NCBI GenBank assembly: GCA_003241475.1 | Contig: QFQB01000001.1 | Coordinates: 24,997-88,996 of the forward strand | Reading direction: 5' to 3' | DNA length: 64,000 nucleotides | Source of the DNA: Micavibrio aeruginosavorus | GTDB taxonomy: Bacteria; Pseudomonadota; Alphaproteobacteria; Micavibrionales; Micavibrionaceae | Part shown: in pieces, positions 24,781-33,523 of the stretch | Layout: every line of letters starts with the position of its first letter | How positions within the stretch are numbered: position 1 is the first letter of the stretch | Program-made: the position numbers and the translations under genes | Notes under the pieces: model-generated | Told to the model about the DNA's origin: nothing | Database searches by the model: none | The model's input: the letters and a program-made list of their open reading frames with translations, nothing else

Positions 24781-27700
24781 TTAGAAGCTGGTCCCGCATT
24801 GTGCGGCCTGATTCAGGTTTGCATCGAAGGAGCCGCTGTAGACAACATTGACGCTCTGGCCGCCGGCCGCCGCGTTGATGGCGTCGCCCCAGCATGCTTG
24901 CGTGTCATTGCCGCCAGCTTCGGTTTCAATCTGTGCAAGATCTTGTGCCTGTGACGCGTTTGGAGTCAGGCTACCCGTGGTCGAGCTACCGCCGGCCGCC
25001 GTTTCGATGTTGTTCAGCGATTCCGGCGTGTTGCTGTCGCCGCCCGCGTAGGTCTGAATCTGGTTCAGGATCGAAGCGGTCGATTGCGGCGTGAATGTTT
25101 GTCCCGGCAATCTTGGCAGACCGACGATGCGAACGTTGAGGCCTGTCAGGTCGCCATTGAAAGGATCATAGGTGTTGAACAGGTCTTCTTGTGCGATCGC
25201 AGGCTGTGCTTCCGGAACGAAACCAAACCAGAAGATATCGGTCGAGCTATTGTCCGGATAGTGTTGGAAGCGGTTTTCGAGGAAATCGAATTGCGCTTGC
25301 GTCAGAACGCCGCCTGTCGAAGAAGGCGCAATGCCGTCGTAGGTGGAATTCAGACCGTTCAGCCAGATTGGCGTGCCGTCATTCGTGAACGCGCCGTCAT
25401 TCAGATAAACATAGAAGTTGCGTGCTCCTGTAAAGCCCGTGAATGTCTGGCTTCCGATGGTGCCGCCGAAGTTCGTTGGCGTCGTCGGGTATGGCGTGGA
25501 GCCGAGCCCGTCATCATCAACAAGGTTGAGGTAGGAATAGTAATACTCGCCTTCACCTTCTGCGATTTTGGCGAAGGCTGGAATACCACCGCCATAGTAT
25601 GGGGAGAAACGAAGGCCAATGCGGTCTGTCGATCCTGCAGGAACGGTGAACGTATTGCCCATGTTCGTGCCCGAAGGTGCGCCAAGCGTAACGCCTGTAA
25701 AGTCGATGAGGCCGGATTCAAATTCAGCGCCGATGGCGAAGTTGCTGAAATTGTTGCGGGTCACAATTACACGGCCGTAGCCATATTCTTCATTCGGGTG
25801 GTAAGCGCCCGAGATGTAAAGGCCATGGTTGCCGGAGTTCGAAACATTTTCGTTCGAATCTACGAGGATCGAATTGGAATATTCCATATCCCATCTGTTG
25901 TTTTCGACCTGAATACCGTCGTCGAAGGATTGATCGACATCATTTTCACGGATAACAACGGAGTACGGTGTATAAGCATAACCTTCGCCCCCCGTAGCGC
26001 GCTCGTAGTAAACGTCGCCAGCATAGCCGCCGACATTGCGGACATGGATGCCGTCCGCGCCGTAATAGTCGCCGGCATAGGTTCCTTCGCCCGTTATGAC
26101 GTAGCCGGAGTTTTTCACTGTGTTGTCGTCGATCAGTGTCGAGCTGGAATTGATGACTTCAATACCATCATCGCCGGAATTGGTTACCGTGTTGCCCAGA
26201 ACGTCAACCGCATAGCCGGAGAATTCGCCATCGCCGATAGAACCGGCGCTGGCATATCCATCGGCGTAAACGTTGGCCACATGGATGCCGTCGCCATTGT
26301 TGTAGTAGTTATAGTCGCCGTCTTGTCCGTAGCCGTAGCCGTCTCCTGGATTTCCGTAGCCGGAATTGGTGATGATGTTGGCTTCCCCTTCACCGAAACC
26401 GCCGACAAGAACGCGACCCGTATCGCCGTAGTAGTAACCTTCACCTTCATAGGCGATAGACACTCTGTCGTCGTAGCCATAGTCGTAGTCCGTGTAGCCG
26501 AGAATTTCGATGCCGTCATCGAGGCTTGTGGAGATCGTATTGCCGGAGACGACGATATTATACTCGCCATTGCCGATATCGCCTTCGCGGATATCGCCGG
26601 AATAATCGCCATAGCCTTGGCTGACATTTTGAATATGGATGCCGTCCGCGCCGAATTCATCGTAATCGCCGTAAACGGTTTCGCCGTCCGTGCCCGAATT
26701 GCTGACTGTATTTTTAGCGACATAGACATAGCCTTCAACGCCGTCAACATCGATTCCGTCATCGCCGCTGATAGCGATCTGGTTGTTCGTGATGCGAACC
26801 GAGCCGTCTTCGTAGTATCCAACAACTTTTTTATAGACGACTTCATCATCGCCTTCGTCGTCACCGTAGACATACTGGCCACCGATACTGCGCACGGAAA
26901 CACCATCGCTACCGCCGTTGAATTCATCATAGCCGTCATATTCCCCCGGCTCTTCCGGAACAATCGTGCCGTATCCGGATTCGGAAATCACGTTGCCGTC
27001 GATTTCGACCCAGTGACCGTTGTGTGCTTCGATTCCGTCGTCGCCGGAACGGCTGATGACGTTTGTTCCGCCCACGAAGGCATTATTGAAGTATTCGATG
27101 TGGATGCCGTCGTAGCCAGCCAAATCAACTCTGTTGCCCGTCACATCAGCATCTTCAAATTCGCCGAGCTTGATGCCGTTTTTTCCGGTGGTGGATACAA
27201 CGTTGCTCAGAACATTCAGATAGCCATTCGAACCATTCAGGTAGATACCGTTGCCGCCCGTATCCGCCACATCGTTTTTCTCAACAACCAGATAGTCGGT
27301 GCTTTCGGAATAGATGCCATCTTCGGTAACGTTGCGGACTTTGTTGCCCCAGATGTAGTTGTCAGTGCCCGCAACGTTGCGCATGCGAACGCCGTAGCCT
27401 CCGTCGGAGATGTTGTTGCTGACCACATAGGCATGATCTCCGCCTTTGACTTCTACGCCTGCGAATTTTTCTGCAGGGAAGTAGATGCCGAAATTGGTGA
27501 TCGTGTTGCCGACGATTGTAACACCGCTCGTGCCTTGGGCAAAGATGCCCTCGCGGCCAGCATCCGTAATGGTATTGTAGTAAAGGTGGTTGTTGGTACC
27601 GCCTTCATCCTTGATGCCGTCCTTACCGACGTTGGCGATCGTGTTGCCTTGCGCCGTGCTGAAATAGCCGCCGACCATGATGTTGTCGGAGTGGTGCAGA

Positions 27701-30543
27701 TAGATACCATGACCGCTATCATGTTCGTTGACCGTAACGTGTTTGATGCGGTTGCTTTCGATGACGGCGCCATCGATGTTGTCTAGATAAATCCCGTTGC
27801 CGTGGATTTCAGTCTCATCTTCGCCGATTTCGTTGTTGAAGATTTTCAGCGTGCCGGTGGAATTGGTCAGCTGGATGCCGTTGTGGCCCGTATCCGTAAC
27901 TTTGTTGGCTTCGATGATAACGTTTTGCGCGGCATCAACCGTGATACCGTCTTGGTAGGTGTGGCTGATCGTGTTGCCCCAAATGTAGTTTTCATCGCCC
28001 AAAACATTGCTGTCGAAACGAACACCGTATTCCGAATCCGAAATTGTGTTCGATGTAACATAGATGTTCTTGCTGTTCTTGACGCGCACGCCGGCGAAGT
28101 TGCCCGGAACGAGACCAGAATTCTTAACCGTGTTGCCTATGACGTAAAGCTTGTTCGTGCCTTCGCCATAGATTCCTTCGCGGCCCGAATCTGCGATCGA
28201 GTTGTAGTACAGGCTGTTGTTTTCGCCCGCGAACACTTTGATGCCGTCGAGGCCGGAACCTGTAATAATGTTGGCGTCGAGGATCGTAAACCCGCCGACC
28301 AAAACGTTCTGGGTGTTTGAAAGATAGATGCCGTGGCCGTGATCGTATTTGTTTTCCTTGGCATTGGTAATCGTGTTGCGCTGAACGACGCCGCCCTTTG
28401 CATTGATGATATGAATGCCGTTGCCTTTGACGCCTTCGAGCGTTCCGATCTTGTTGTCGGTGATAACAGTATCGGATGCCGTTGTATCGACGAGGATGGC
28501 ATCATCGGTTGTCTTGTCGATCGTGTTGTTCGTGATCTTCAGACCCGTTGCGTCCTTGGCGTAGATGCCTTGCGCCGATGTGTTGTTGATAACGTTGTTT
28601 TTGATCGTGGTGTTGGCCGCGCCATTAACAAACACGCCATAGCCGTCTGCACCCGATGTGTTGACGATGTTAAAGCCGTCAATTGTAACATCGTTGCCTG
28701 TTACAACAAAAGCTGGTGAGTTTGGATCAACAATCGCAACGCCGCCGCCGATAAGGGTTACGGCTTTGCCGATATTGACTGTTTCATTGTATGTCCCTGC
28801 GGCAACATTCACTGTCGCGCCGCCAGCATCATCGGCCAGCCAGACGCCTTGCTGGATTTTAGCCGCATTGGAAAGAACATTGACCGTATTTGCGTTGCTG
28901 GAGATGCGCGTATCGCCCAGCGTGCTACCATCTTTTGCTTTCAGAATGGCATTCAAGTTTACGGTGTTCGCATCAACGGTCACGTTACCGTTGCCCATGG
29001 TAAGATTGCGGTTGAAGTTTACAGTGTCGGAATCAAACGTGATGCTTCCTGCTGTTGTGCCTGTGTCAACGCCAGCGATGATAAACGGGAAGTATGGAAC
29101 GACATTGACAAACGGAATGGCATAGGTGCTCAGGTCGATATTACCATCGGGAAGAGCGTTCAAAATGGCGTCTATAATGGCATTGCCGGTGTTGTAGGAG
29201 CCGGGTTTCGTGCCCACATCAATATATTCATCCGCTTGAACGATGTAGTTGGAATTCTTCATCGAGTTTGCGAGCGCTTGTGCGGACAGAACGTAGCCCA
29301 AGCCAAGCGGCTCGTGCATCAAGCCGGAATGAATAATAGCGAAGGTGGGGTCAAGAAGGACCGTACCCATTGTACCGTTTGTAGCGCTCAAATCCGTGTA
29401 GCCGGAAAAGCCCAGTGCGCCATAGCCGGAAATTTCGACAAAGCCGCCGTTGCCCGCACCCGCGCCGCCGCGGGCGAAGACGGATCCGCGGAAGTCTGCG
29501 TGGTCTTGGGCGATAACCTTGATCGTGCCGCCGTTGCCTGTGTGCGTGGCATCCGCCGAAAGCAACGCCGTGTCTGCGACGTTGATATTGTCGCCTGTTA
29601 CATCGATGGCACCGCCGCCTGTTTTTCCGTCGGCTTTAAGCGAGCCGGAAACTTTTACCGTGCCGCTGTTGCCGCCGGACAGCACGATTTTTCCGCCTTT
29701 TGTAGAAACGGACGAAACATCGATGACGCCTTCCATGTTGATGACATTGTCAACGGCGTCTTTAGCCGCCGCCGCCGTAAGAACGACATTGCCGCCTTCG
29801 GCTTTGATCGTTCCTTTGTTTTCGATCAGGGCGTTGCTGAGTTGGCCTTCAACCGCGACTTCGACGAGATTGTCGCCGTAAAGGTCAAGCGTGACTTTCT
29901 CGCCGGAGGCGGCAACGAATGTTCCCATCTTTGCGTTGATAACGCCGTCGTTTACGACATTCGGCGCAACAAAAGCGGCAAGGCCGCCTTCTGCAACGGT
30001 GATGCTTCCTTCATTGACAACGCCGCCTTCGGCGCGGCCGTTGTCTGCGAAAGGCTTGAATTCAACTGTTCCGCCGTTTTTGATGGTTTCATCATCAATG
30101 TATTTGGTCGAAGCAATAATGCTGCCGACGTTTACGACGGAGTCCCTGCCGAATATGACGCCGTCGCGGTCGAAAATGTAAATCTTGCCGTTCGCATTCA
30201 GGTTACCCATGATTTTCGTTGGGTCGGCTTCGGTGTCGTAGAGAACATATTTGGAAGAACTGGAAGGCTGCGCCACGTTGACGGTCCAGCCCGCGTTGAT
30301 GTCGCCGTCGCCGTGGACTTTCGTGAAATCCGTGTGCTGCGTGATGTTCGTTGTATTCGGCGTCGTTGTATCGATGGAGATGGAGCCTTCGCTTGCAACG
30401 TGATCCGTCCAGTTGTCTGCCAGAGCGGGAGAGGCGATGGCCATCAATCCCGTTGCCGTGAGGGCGGTTGTCGCCAGATAGCGGCGCACGCTTTTTCCAA
30501 CCAGGCCGAAGTTCGCAGCGATACCGTTTTGTGCAAGTTTCAT
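24781..30543 (-). CDS. two-partner-secretion exoprotein (TpsA / filamentous haemagglutinin-like) with parallel beta-helix repeats
   Basis: 1920 aa. Long signal peptide (...LMAIASPALA-DNW). TPS domain at aa ~45-160 (NITQHTDF..., GNLNANGKIYIFDRDGVIFG). Dozens of PbH1-type units follow (GNGIHI.N, DGI.V, N.I..SG..GI). The C-terminus carries three L(N/A)xI(Q/E)TxAGG repeats and two Cys. Confidence 0.85.
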   Translation of the reverse strand: MKLAQNGIAANFGLVGKSVRRYLATTALTATGLMAIASPALADNWTDHVASEGSISIDTTTPNTTNITQHTDFTKVHGDGDINAGWTVNVAQPSSSSKYVLYDTEADPTKIMGNLNANGKIYIFDRDGVIFGRDSVVNVGSIIASTKYIDDETIKNGGTVEFKPFADNGRAEGGVVNEGSITVAEGGLAAFVAPNVVNDGVINAKMGTFVAASGEKVTLDLYGDNLVEVAVEGQLSNALIENKGTIKAEGGNVVLTAAAAKDAVDNVINMEGVIDVSSVSTKGGKIVLSGGNSGTVKVSGSLKADGKTGGGAIDVTGDNINVADTALLSADATHTGNGGTIKVIAQDHADFRGSVFARGGAGAGNGGFVEISGYGALGFSGYTDLSATNGTMGTVLLDPTFAIIHSGLMHEPLGLGYVLSAQALANSMKNSNYIVQADEYIDVGTKPGSYNTGNAIIDAILNALPDGNIDLSTYAIPFVNVVPYFPFIIAGVDTGTTAGSITFDSDTVNFNRNLTMGNGNVTVDANTVNLNAILKAKDGSTLGDTRISSNANTVNVLSNAAKIQQGVWLADDAGGATVNVAAGTYNETVNIGKAVTLIGGGVAIVDPNSPAFVVTGNDVTIDGFNIVNTSGADGYGVFVNGAANTTIKNNVINNTSAQGIYAKDATGLKITNNTIDKTTDDAILVDTTASDTVITDNKIGTLEGVKGNGIHIINAKGGVVQRNTITNAKENKYDHGHGIYLSNTQNVLVGGFTILDANIITGSGLDGIKVFAGENNSLYYNSIADSGREGIYGEGTNKLYVIGNTVKNSGLVPGNFAGVRVKNSKNIYVTSNTISDSEYGVRFDSNVLGDENYIWGNTISHTYQDGITVDAAQNVIIEANKVTDTGHNGIQLTNSTGTLKIFNNEIGEDETEIHGNGIYLDNIDGAVIESNRIKHVTVNEHDSGHGIYLHHSDNIMVGGYFSTAQGNTIANVGKDGIKDEGGTNNHLYYNTITDAGREGIFAQGTSGVTIVGNTITNFGIYFPAEKFAGVEVKGGDHAYVVSNNISDGGYGVRMRNVAGTDNYIWGNKVRNVTEDGIYSESTDYLVVEKNDVADTGGNGIYLNGSNGYLNVLSNVVSTTGKNGIKLGEFEDADVTGNRVDLAGYDGIHIEYFNNAFVGGTNVISRSGDDGIEAHNGHWVEIDGNVISESGYGTIVPEEPGEYDGYDEFNGGSDGVSVRSIGGQYVYGDDEGDDEVVYKKVVGYYEDGSVRITNNQIAISGDDGIDVDGVEGYVYVAKNTVSNSGTDGETVYGDYDEFGADGIHIQNVSQGYGDYSGDIREGDIGNGEYNIVVSGNTISTSLDDGIEILGYTDYDYGYDDRVSIAYEGEGYYYGDTGRVLVGGFGEGEANIITNSGYGNPGDGYGYGQDGDYNYYNNGDGIHVANVYADGYASAGSIGDGEFSGYAVDVLGNTVTNSGDDGIEVINSSSTLIDDNTVKNSGYVITGEGTYAGDYYGADGIHVRNVGGYAGDVYYERATGGEGYAYTPYSVVIRENDVDQSFDDGIQVENNRWDMEYSNSILVDSNENVSNSGNHGLYISGAYHPNEEYGYGRVIVTRNNFSNFAIGAEFESGLIDFTGVTLGAPSGTNMGNTFTVPAGSTDRIGLRFSPYYGGGIPAFAKIAEGEGEYYYSYLNLVDDDGLGSTPYPTTPTNFGGTIGSQTFTGFTGARNFYVYLNDGAFTNDGTPIWLNGLNSTYDGIAPSSTGGVLTQAQFDFLENRFQHYPDNSSTDIFWFGFVPEAQPAIAQEDLFNTYDPFNGDLTGLNVRIVGLPRLPGQTFTPQSTASILNQIQTYAGGDSNTPESLNNIETAAGGSSTTGSLTPNASQAQDLAQIETEAGGNDTQACWGDAINAAAGGQSVNVVYSGSFDANLNQAAQCGTSF

Positions 30544-30928
30544 ATTGTTCTCTCCATCTCACAATAATTACGTAATCTACAAGGGTGAAAACCCGTCTGG
30601 ATTTTCCGAAAAAAATTTATGGCAATAGTTTGCGACCGCGCATCAATGCCACTTTTTGAACATGAAAACAATAGTTTTTAAGGGAATTTTAACCTTTTGC
30701 ATTGCAGTATTACATCAGTCTTTTCTAATTTATTACGGAAAAATGCGGTTTTCCTGCAACAGCCTGCTTTTTATCTCGATATATTAGAGAATGGCATATT
30801 GTCGGCGGGTACAAATTCCCGTATTTTTTCACACGGACCGACTTGTTAGGTCCTTGTATTTTCGAAATATCTGTAATAGCTCTACGTCCGTTTTATACAC
30901 ACATCCAAAATTTTAGGGGCGCTTTATA

Positions 30929-32665
30929 ATGAAAGCCATGGGTCAGTTTCGTTCTTTCTATCTTGCAGGCATCGCTACATCGGCTTTGATGCTCTTCTCG
31001 GGCGGCGCGTACGCGCAGATTGACCAGCAAACAGGTATTGCAGACCCGTCGCGCGCAGGTGATGAAGTCAAGCAACCCGAAATGCCCACGGATACAGGCC
31101 CTGTCGTCAGCGTGAAGGAAGCCAAGCCGATCAACGCGCCGGCCGGAGCGGAAAAAATCACATTCAAGTTGAACGGCATCAATGTTGAAGGCGCGACCGT
31201 TTATAGCGCCGCCGAATTGCAATCCGTTTATGCAAGCGAGATCGGCAAGACGATCAGCCTTGCGGATTTCTACACCATCGCGAACAAGCTGACGCTGAAA
31301 TACCGCAATGACGGCTACATCCTGACTCAGGTGGTTGTTCCGCCGCAGGAAATCGACGGCGGCACGCCCAAGCTTCTCGTCGTTGAAGGCTATGTCGATG
31401 CCGTGACGGTTCAAAAAGAAGATGAATCCGCGCCGATCGATATGGAGAATATCAAGCACTACGCCTCGCAGATCAGCACAGGCGGTCCTTTGAACGCCAA
31501 GGATCTGGAACGCGAACTTCTTATCATCAACGACCTGCCCGGCATCACGGCGCGTAGCATCCTGAGTCCGTCCACGACAAAAACGGGCGCCGCCGATCTT
31601 TTGATTATCCTGACCCATGATCCGGTCGATGGCATCGTCAGCTTGGATGATTACGGCTCGCGCTATCTCGGACCTATTCAGGTTGGTGCCGCGACAACGC
31701 TCAATTCCTTACTGGGGCAAAACGAAGCGATTTCCGCACAGCTCGTGATGGCGCCGCAAAGCTGGTACGAGCTCGCTTACGGTTCTGTGGGCTATGAACA
31801 GCCGATCGGCATCTACGGCACCAAAATCCACTTCAACGCCAGCGCGACGGACACCGATCCGGGCTATGATCTGGAGCAGTTCCATGTCAACGGGCGCTCT
31901 TACCTTTTGAACGTTGGCTTAACGCATCCGTTCATCCGCTCAAGAACCGAAAACCTGTATGGACGCCTGAACTTCGACTGGCGCCGCGTGAAGAGCGAAA
32001 ACAACATCGAGGACACGCGCCGCGACCGCATCAGCTCGTTGCGTCTGGGCGGCCGCTATGAGTTCATCGACACATTGGTAACGGCAGCAGCCAACACTGT
32101 GGATGTCGAGCTTTCCAAAGGCGTCAATATTTTCGGCGCAAGCGAAGAGGGCGACGAAAACATGACGCGCGATCTGGCCGATCCGGAAGCCACGAAACTG
32201 GAAGCCGAAATCCAGCGTCTGCAACGCATTACCGATAACTTCAACGTCTTGCTTGCCGCCCGCGGACAGATCGCCAGCAATGCGCTTTTGTCTTCGGAAG
32301 AATTCGGCGTCGGCGGCATCAATTCGGGCCGCGGCTACGATCCTTCGGAAATCGTGGGCGACCAAGGCGTTTCGGGCAAGGTTGAATTGCAGTGGAGAGA
32401 GCCGCTCAAGCTCGATACGAAATTCCTGGAATCCTACCAGCTGTTCTCCTTCTACGATATCGGCAAGGTCTGGAACACGGATGCCACGACATCCGGCACG
32501 AAAGACGATTCTCTAACATCCGTCGGCTTCGGGGTGCGCATGGATTTGCCGATGGATGTGGATGCCGGCTTTGCCGTGGCGTTCCCGCTGACGCGCGATG
32601 TGCAAACGCAAAGCGGCGACGGCAAGGACCCAAAATATTATTTCAACCTGAGCAAGCGCTTCTAG
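30929..32665 (+). CDS. ShlB/FhaC/HecB-family outer-membrane transporter (TpsB)
   Basis: Signal peptide ...FSGGAYA-Q. POTRA segment (ITFKLNGINVEGATVYSAAEL...LTLKYRNDGYILTQVVVPPQEIDGGTPKLLVVEGYVD) and a C-terminal beta-barrel ending in ...YYFNLSKRF. RBS AGGGG lies 8 nt upstream. Confidence 0.9.
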   Translation: MKAMGQFRSFYLAGIATSALMLFSGGAYAQIDQQTGIADPSRAGDEVKQPEMPTDTGPVVSVKEAKPINAPAGAEKITFKLNGINVEGATVYSAAELQSVYASEIGKTISLADFYTIANKLTLKYRNDGYILTQVVVPPQEIDGGTPKLLVVEGYVDAVTVQKEDESAPIDMENIKHYASQISTGGPLNAKDLERELLIINDLPGITARSILSPSTTKTGAADLLIILTHDPVDGIVSLDDYGSRYLGPIQVGAATTLNSLLGQNEAISAQLVMAPQSWYELAYGSVGYEQPIGIYGTKIHFNASATDTDPGYDLEQFHVNGRSYLLNVGLTHPFIRSRTENLYGRLNFDWRRVKSENNIEDTRRDRISSLRLGGRYEFIDTLVTAAANTVDVELSKGVNIFGASEEGDENMTRDLADPEATKLEAEIQRLQRITDNFNVLLAARGQIASNALLSSEEFGVGGINSGRGYDPSEIVGDQGVSGKVELQWREPLKLDTKFLESYQLFSFYDIGKVWNTDATTSGTKDDSLTSVGFGVRMDLPMDVDAGFAVAFPLTRDVQTQSGDGKDPKYYFNLSKRF

Positions 32666-32675
32666 GTAAAAAAAT

Positions 32676-32702
32676 CGCCCCCGAAAGGGGGCGTTTCTTT
32701 TT
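32676..32702. terminator. bidirectional intrinsic terminator between tpsB and the convergent small gene
   Basis: AAAAAAA-t-CGCCCCC-GAAA-GGGGGCG-TTTCTTTTT. 7-bp GC stem with a GAAA loop and U-tracts on both strands. Confidence 0.8.
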
Positions 32703-32712
32703 GCGCGTTATT

Positions 32713-33063
32713 CTAGTCGGCCTGTCCGACAGGCGGACCGGCTACCGGAATATCCTGCGTTGCGTCCAAAGAGGGCGTTTCGCCGGGAGCTTCTTTCAAG
32801 GCTTGAGGCGCTTCGCCCGTAAATCCGCCTTTAAAGCTATCATCTTTGTCATCCATGTCGCCTGCAGCTGTTTCAATATCGTTCAGGGCTTCGGCGGACA
32901 TGTCTTCCGGAACGGCTGCAATGGTTTCGTCGGCGTCGGCGGCATTCCGGGCGGCTACGTTTTGAGCGGCATCATCGACGCCTTTCATCATATATTGTGC
33001 GCCCGTTGCTATAACGGAAACCGCAACGACAATCATGCAGATATAAATAAAGCGTAACATCAT
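32713..33063 (-). CDS. small acidic secreted or membrane-anchored protein
   Basis: 116 aa. N-terminal hydrophobic segment MMLRFIYICMIVVAVSVIATGA, then a D/E/A-rich tail containing LNDIETAAGD, the motif repeated at the TpsA C-terminus. Confidence 0.5.
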   Translation of the reverse strand: MMLRFIYICMIVVAVSVIATGAQYMMKGVDDAAQNVAARNAADADETIAAVPEDMSAEALNDIETAAGDMDDKDDSFKGGFTGEAPQALKEAPGETPSLDATQDIPVAGPPVGQAD

Positions 33064-33094
33064 GGATCGTTCTCCTGTGTTAGGGACGATCGGA

Positions 33095-33223
33095 TCAGAA
33101 CGTATTCTGCATCCACTCGCCCATGTTTTCTATGTCGCGTCCAGCCCCGTTGGCTGTGTTGGAGCACCCCGGCAGGACACCGATTACCATAATTAAACAT
33201 AATACTGCAATTAATTTTTTCAT
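33095..33223 (-). CDS. entericidin-like small lipoprotein (42 aa, absent from the ORF track)
   Basis: Hand translation: MKKLIAVLCLIMVIGVLPGCSNTANGAGRDIENMGEWMQNTF. The lipobox LPGC and the GC(S)NTA.G.G.DI...G pattern match my memory of EcnA/EcnB. GAGG lies 8 nt upstream of the ATG, and the gene sits 31 nt upstream of the next gene. Confidence 0.7.
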   Translation of the reverse strand: MKKLIAVLCLIMVIGVLPGCSNTANGAGRDIENMGEWMQNTF

Positions 33224-33523
33224 CTATGAACCTCTATGCCGATAGTCTAGCGGCAGCGCCGCATCCCCAAAAGAGGAAAAAACACTTTACGAACAAGCAG
33301 ATCGGGTAAACACATATCTTCTTATAGGACCATGAGTTTAAGCCATGGCACGCCCCGCCCACCGGATGGTCCCGGAATGGGTGCCCCAAACATTGCTCAC
33401 CAAGACCTTGCAACAGACGGCGATAAAACTCTGGTGCGTACGAAGGGGCAGTCTTATAACTGTAGCGAAAGCGAGCGCGCCGTCTTCGGGTAGCTCGGAG
33501 AGTTTCTAAGCAAAAAGCGCGAT

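Noticed and set aside
25084-27786. 900-aa plus-strand ORF, the longest of several antisense ORFs opposite the TpsA gene
   Set aside because: It lies entirely antisense to a gene with clear TPS and beta-helix motifs. Its product is a V/A/I/D/R/G-rich low-complexity string with no motifs. The frame stays open because the sense strand rarely uses TTA/CTA/TCA codons in that register. It is a shadow ORF.
28849-30567. 572-aa plus-strand ORF over the 5' third of the TpsA gene
   Set aside because: Same reasoning. It is antisense to the TPS domain and signal peptide and runs through the real start codon and promoter region. There are no recognisable motifs.
33347-33400. CCCGGAATGGG hairpin region as a possible SRP (4.5S) RNA or riboswitch
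   Set aside because: It lacks the conserved SRP domain IV loops (GGAA tetraloop closed by the usual symmetric loop, AGCA/GGCAG elements), and the flanks do not pair into a long helix. No known riboswitch core was recognised.
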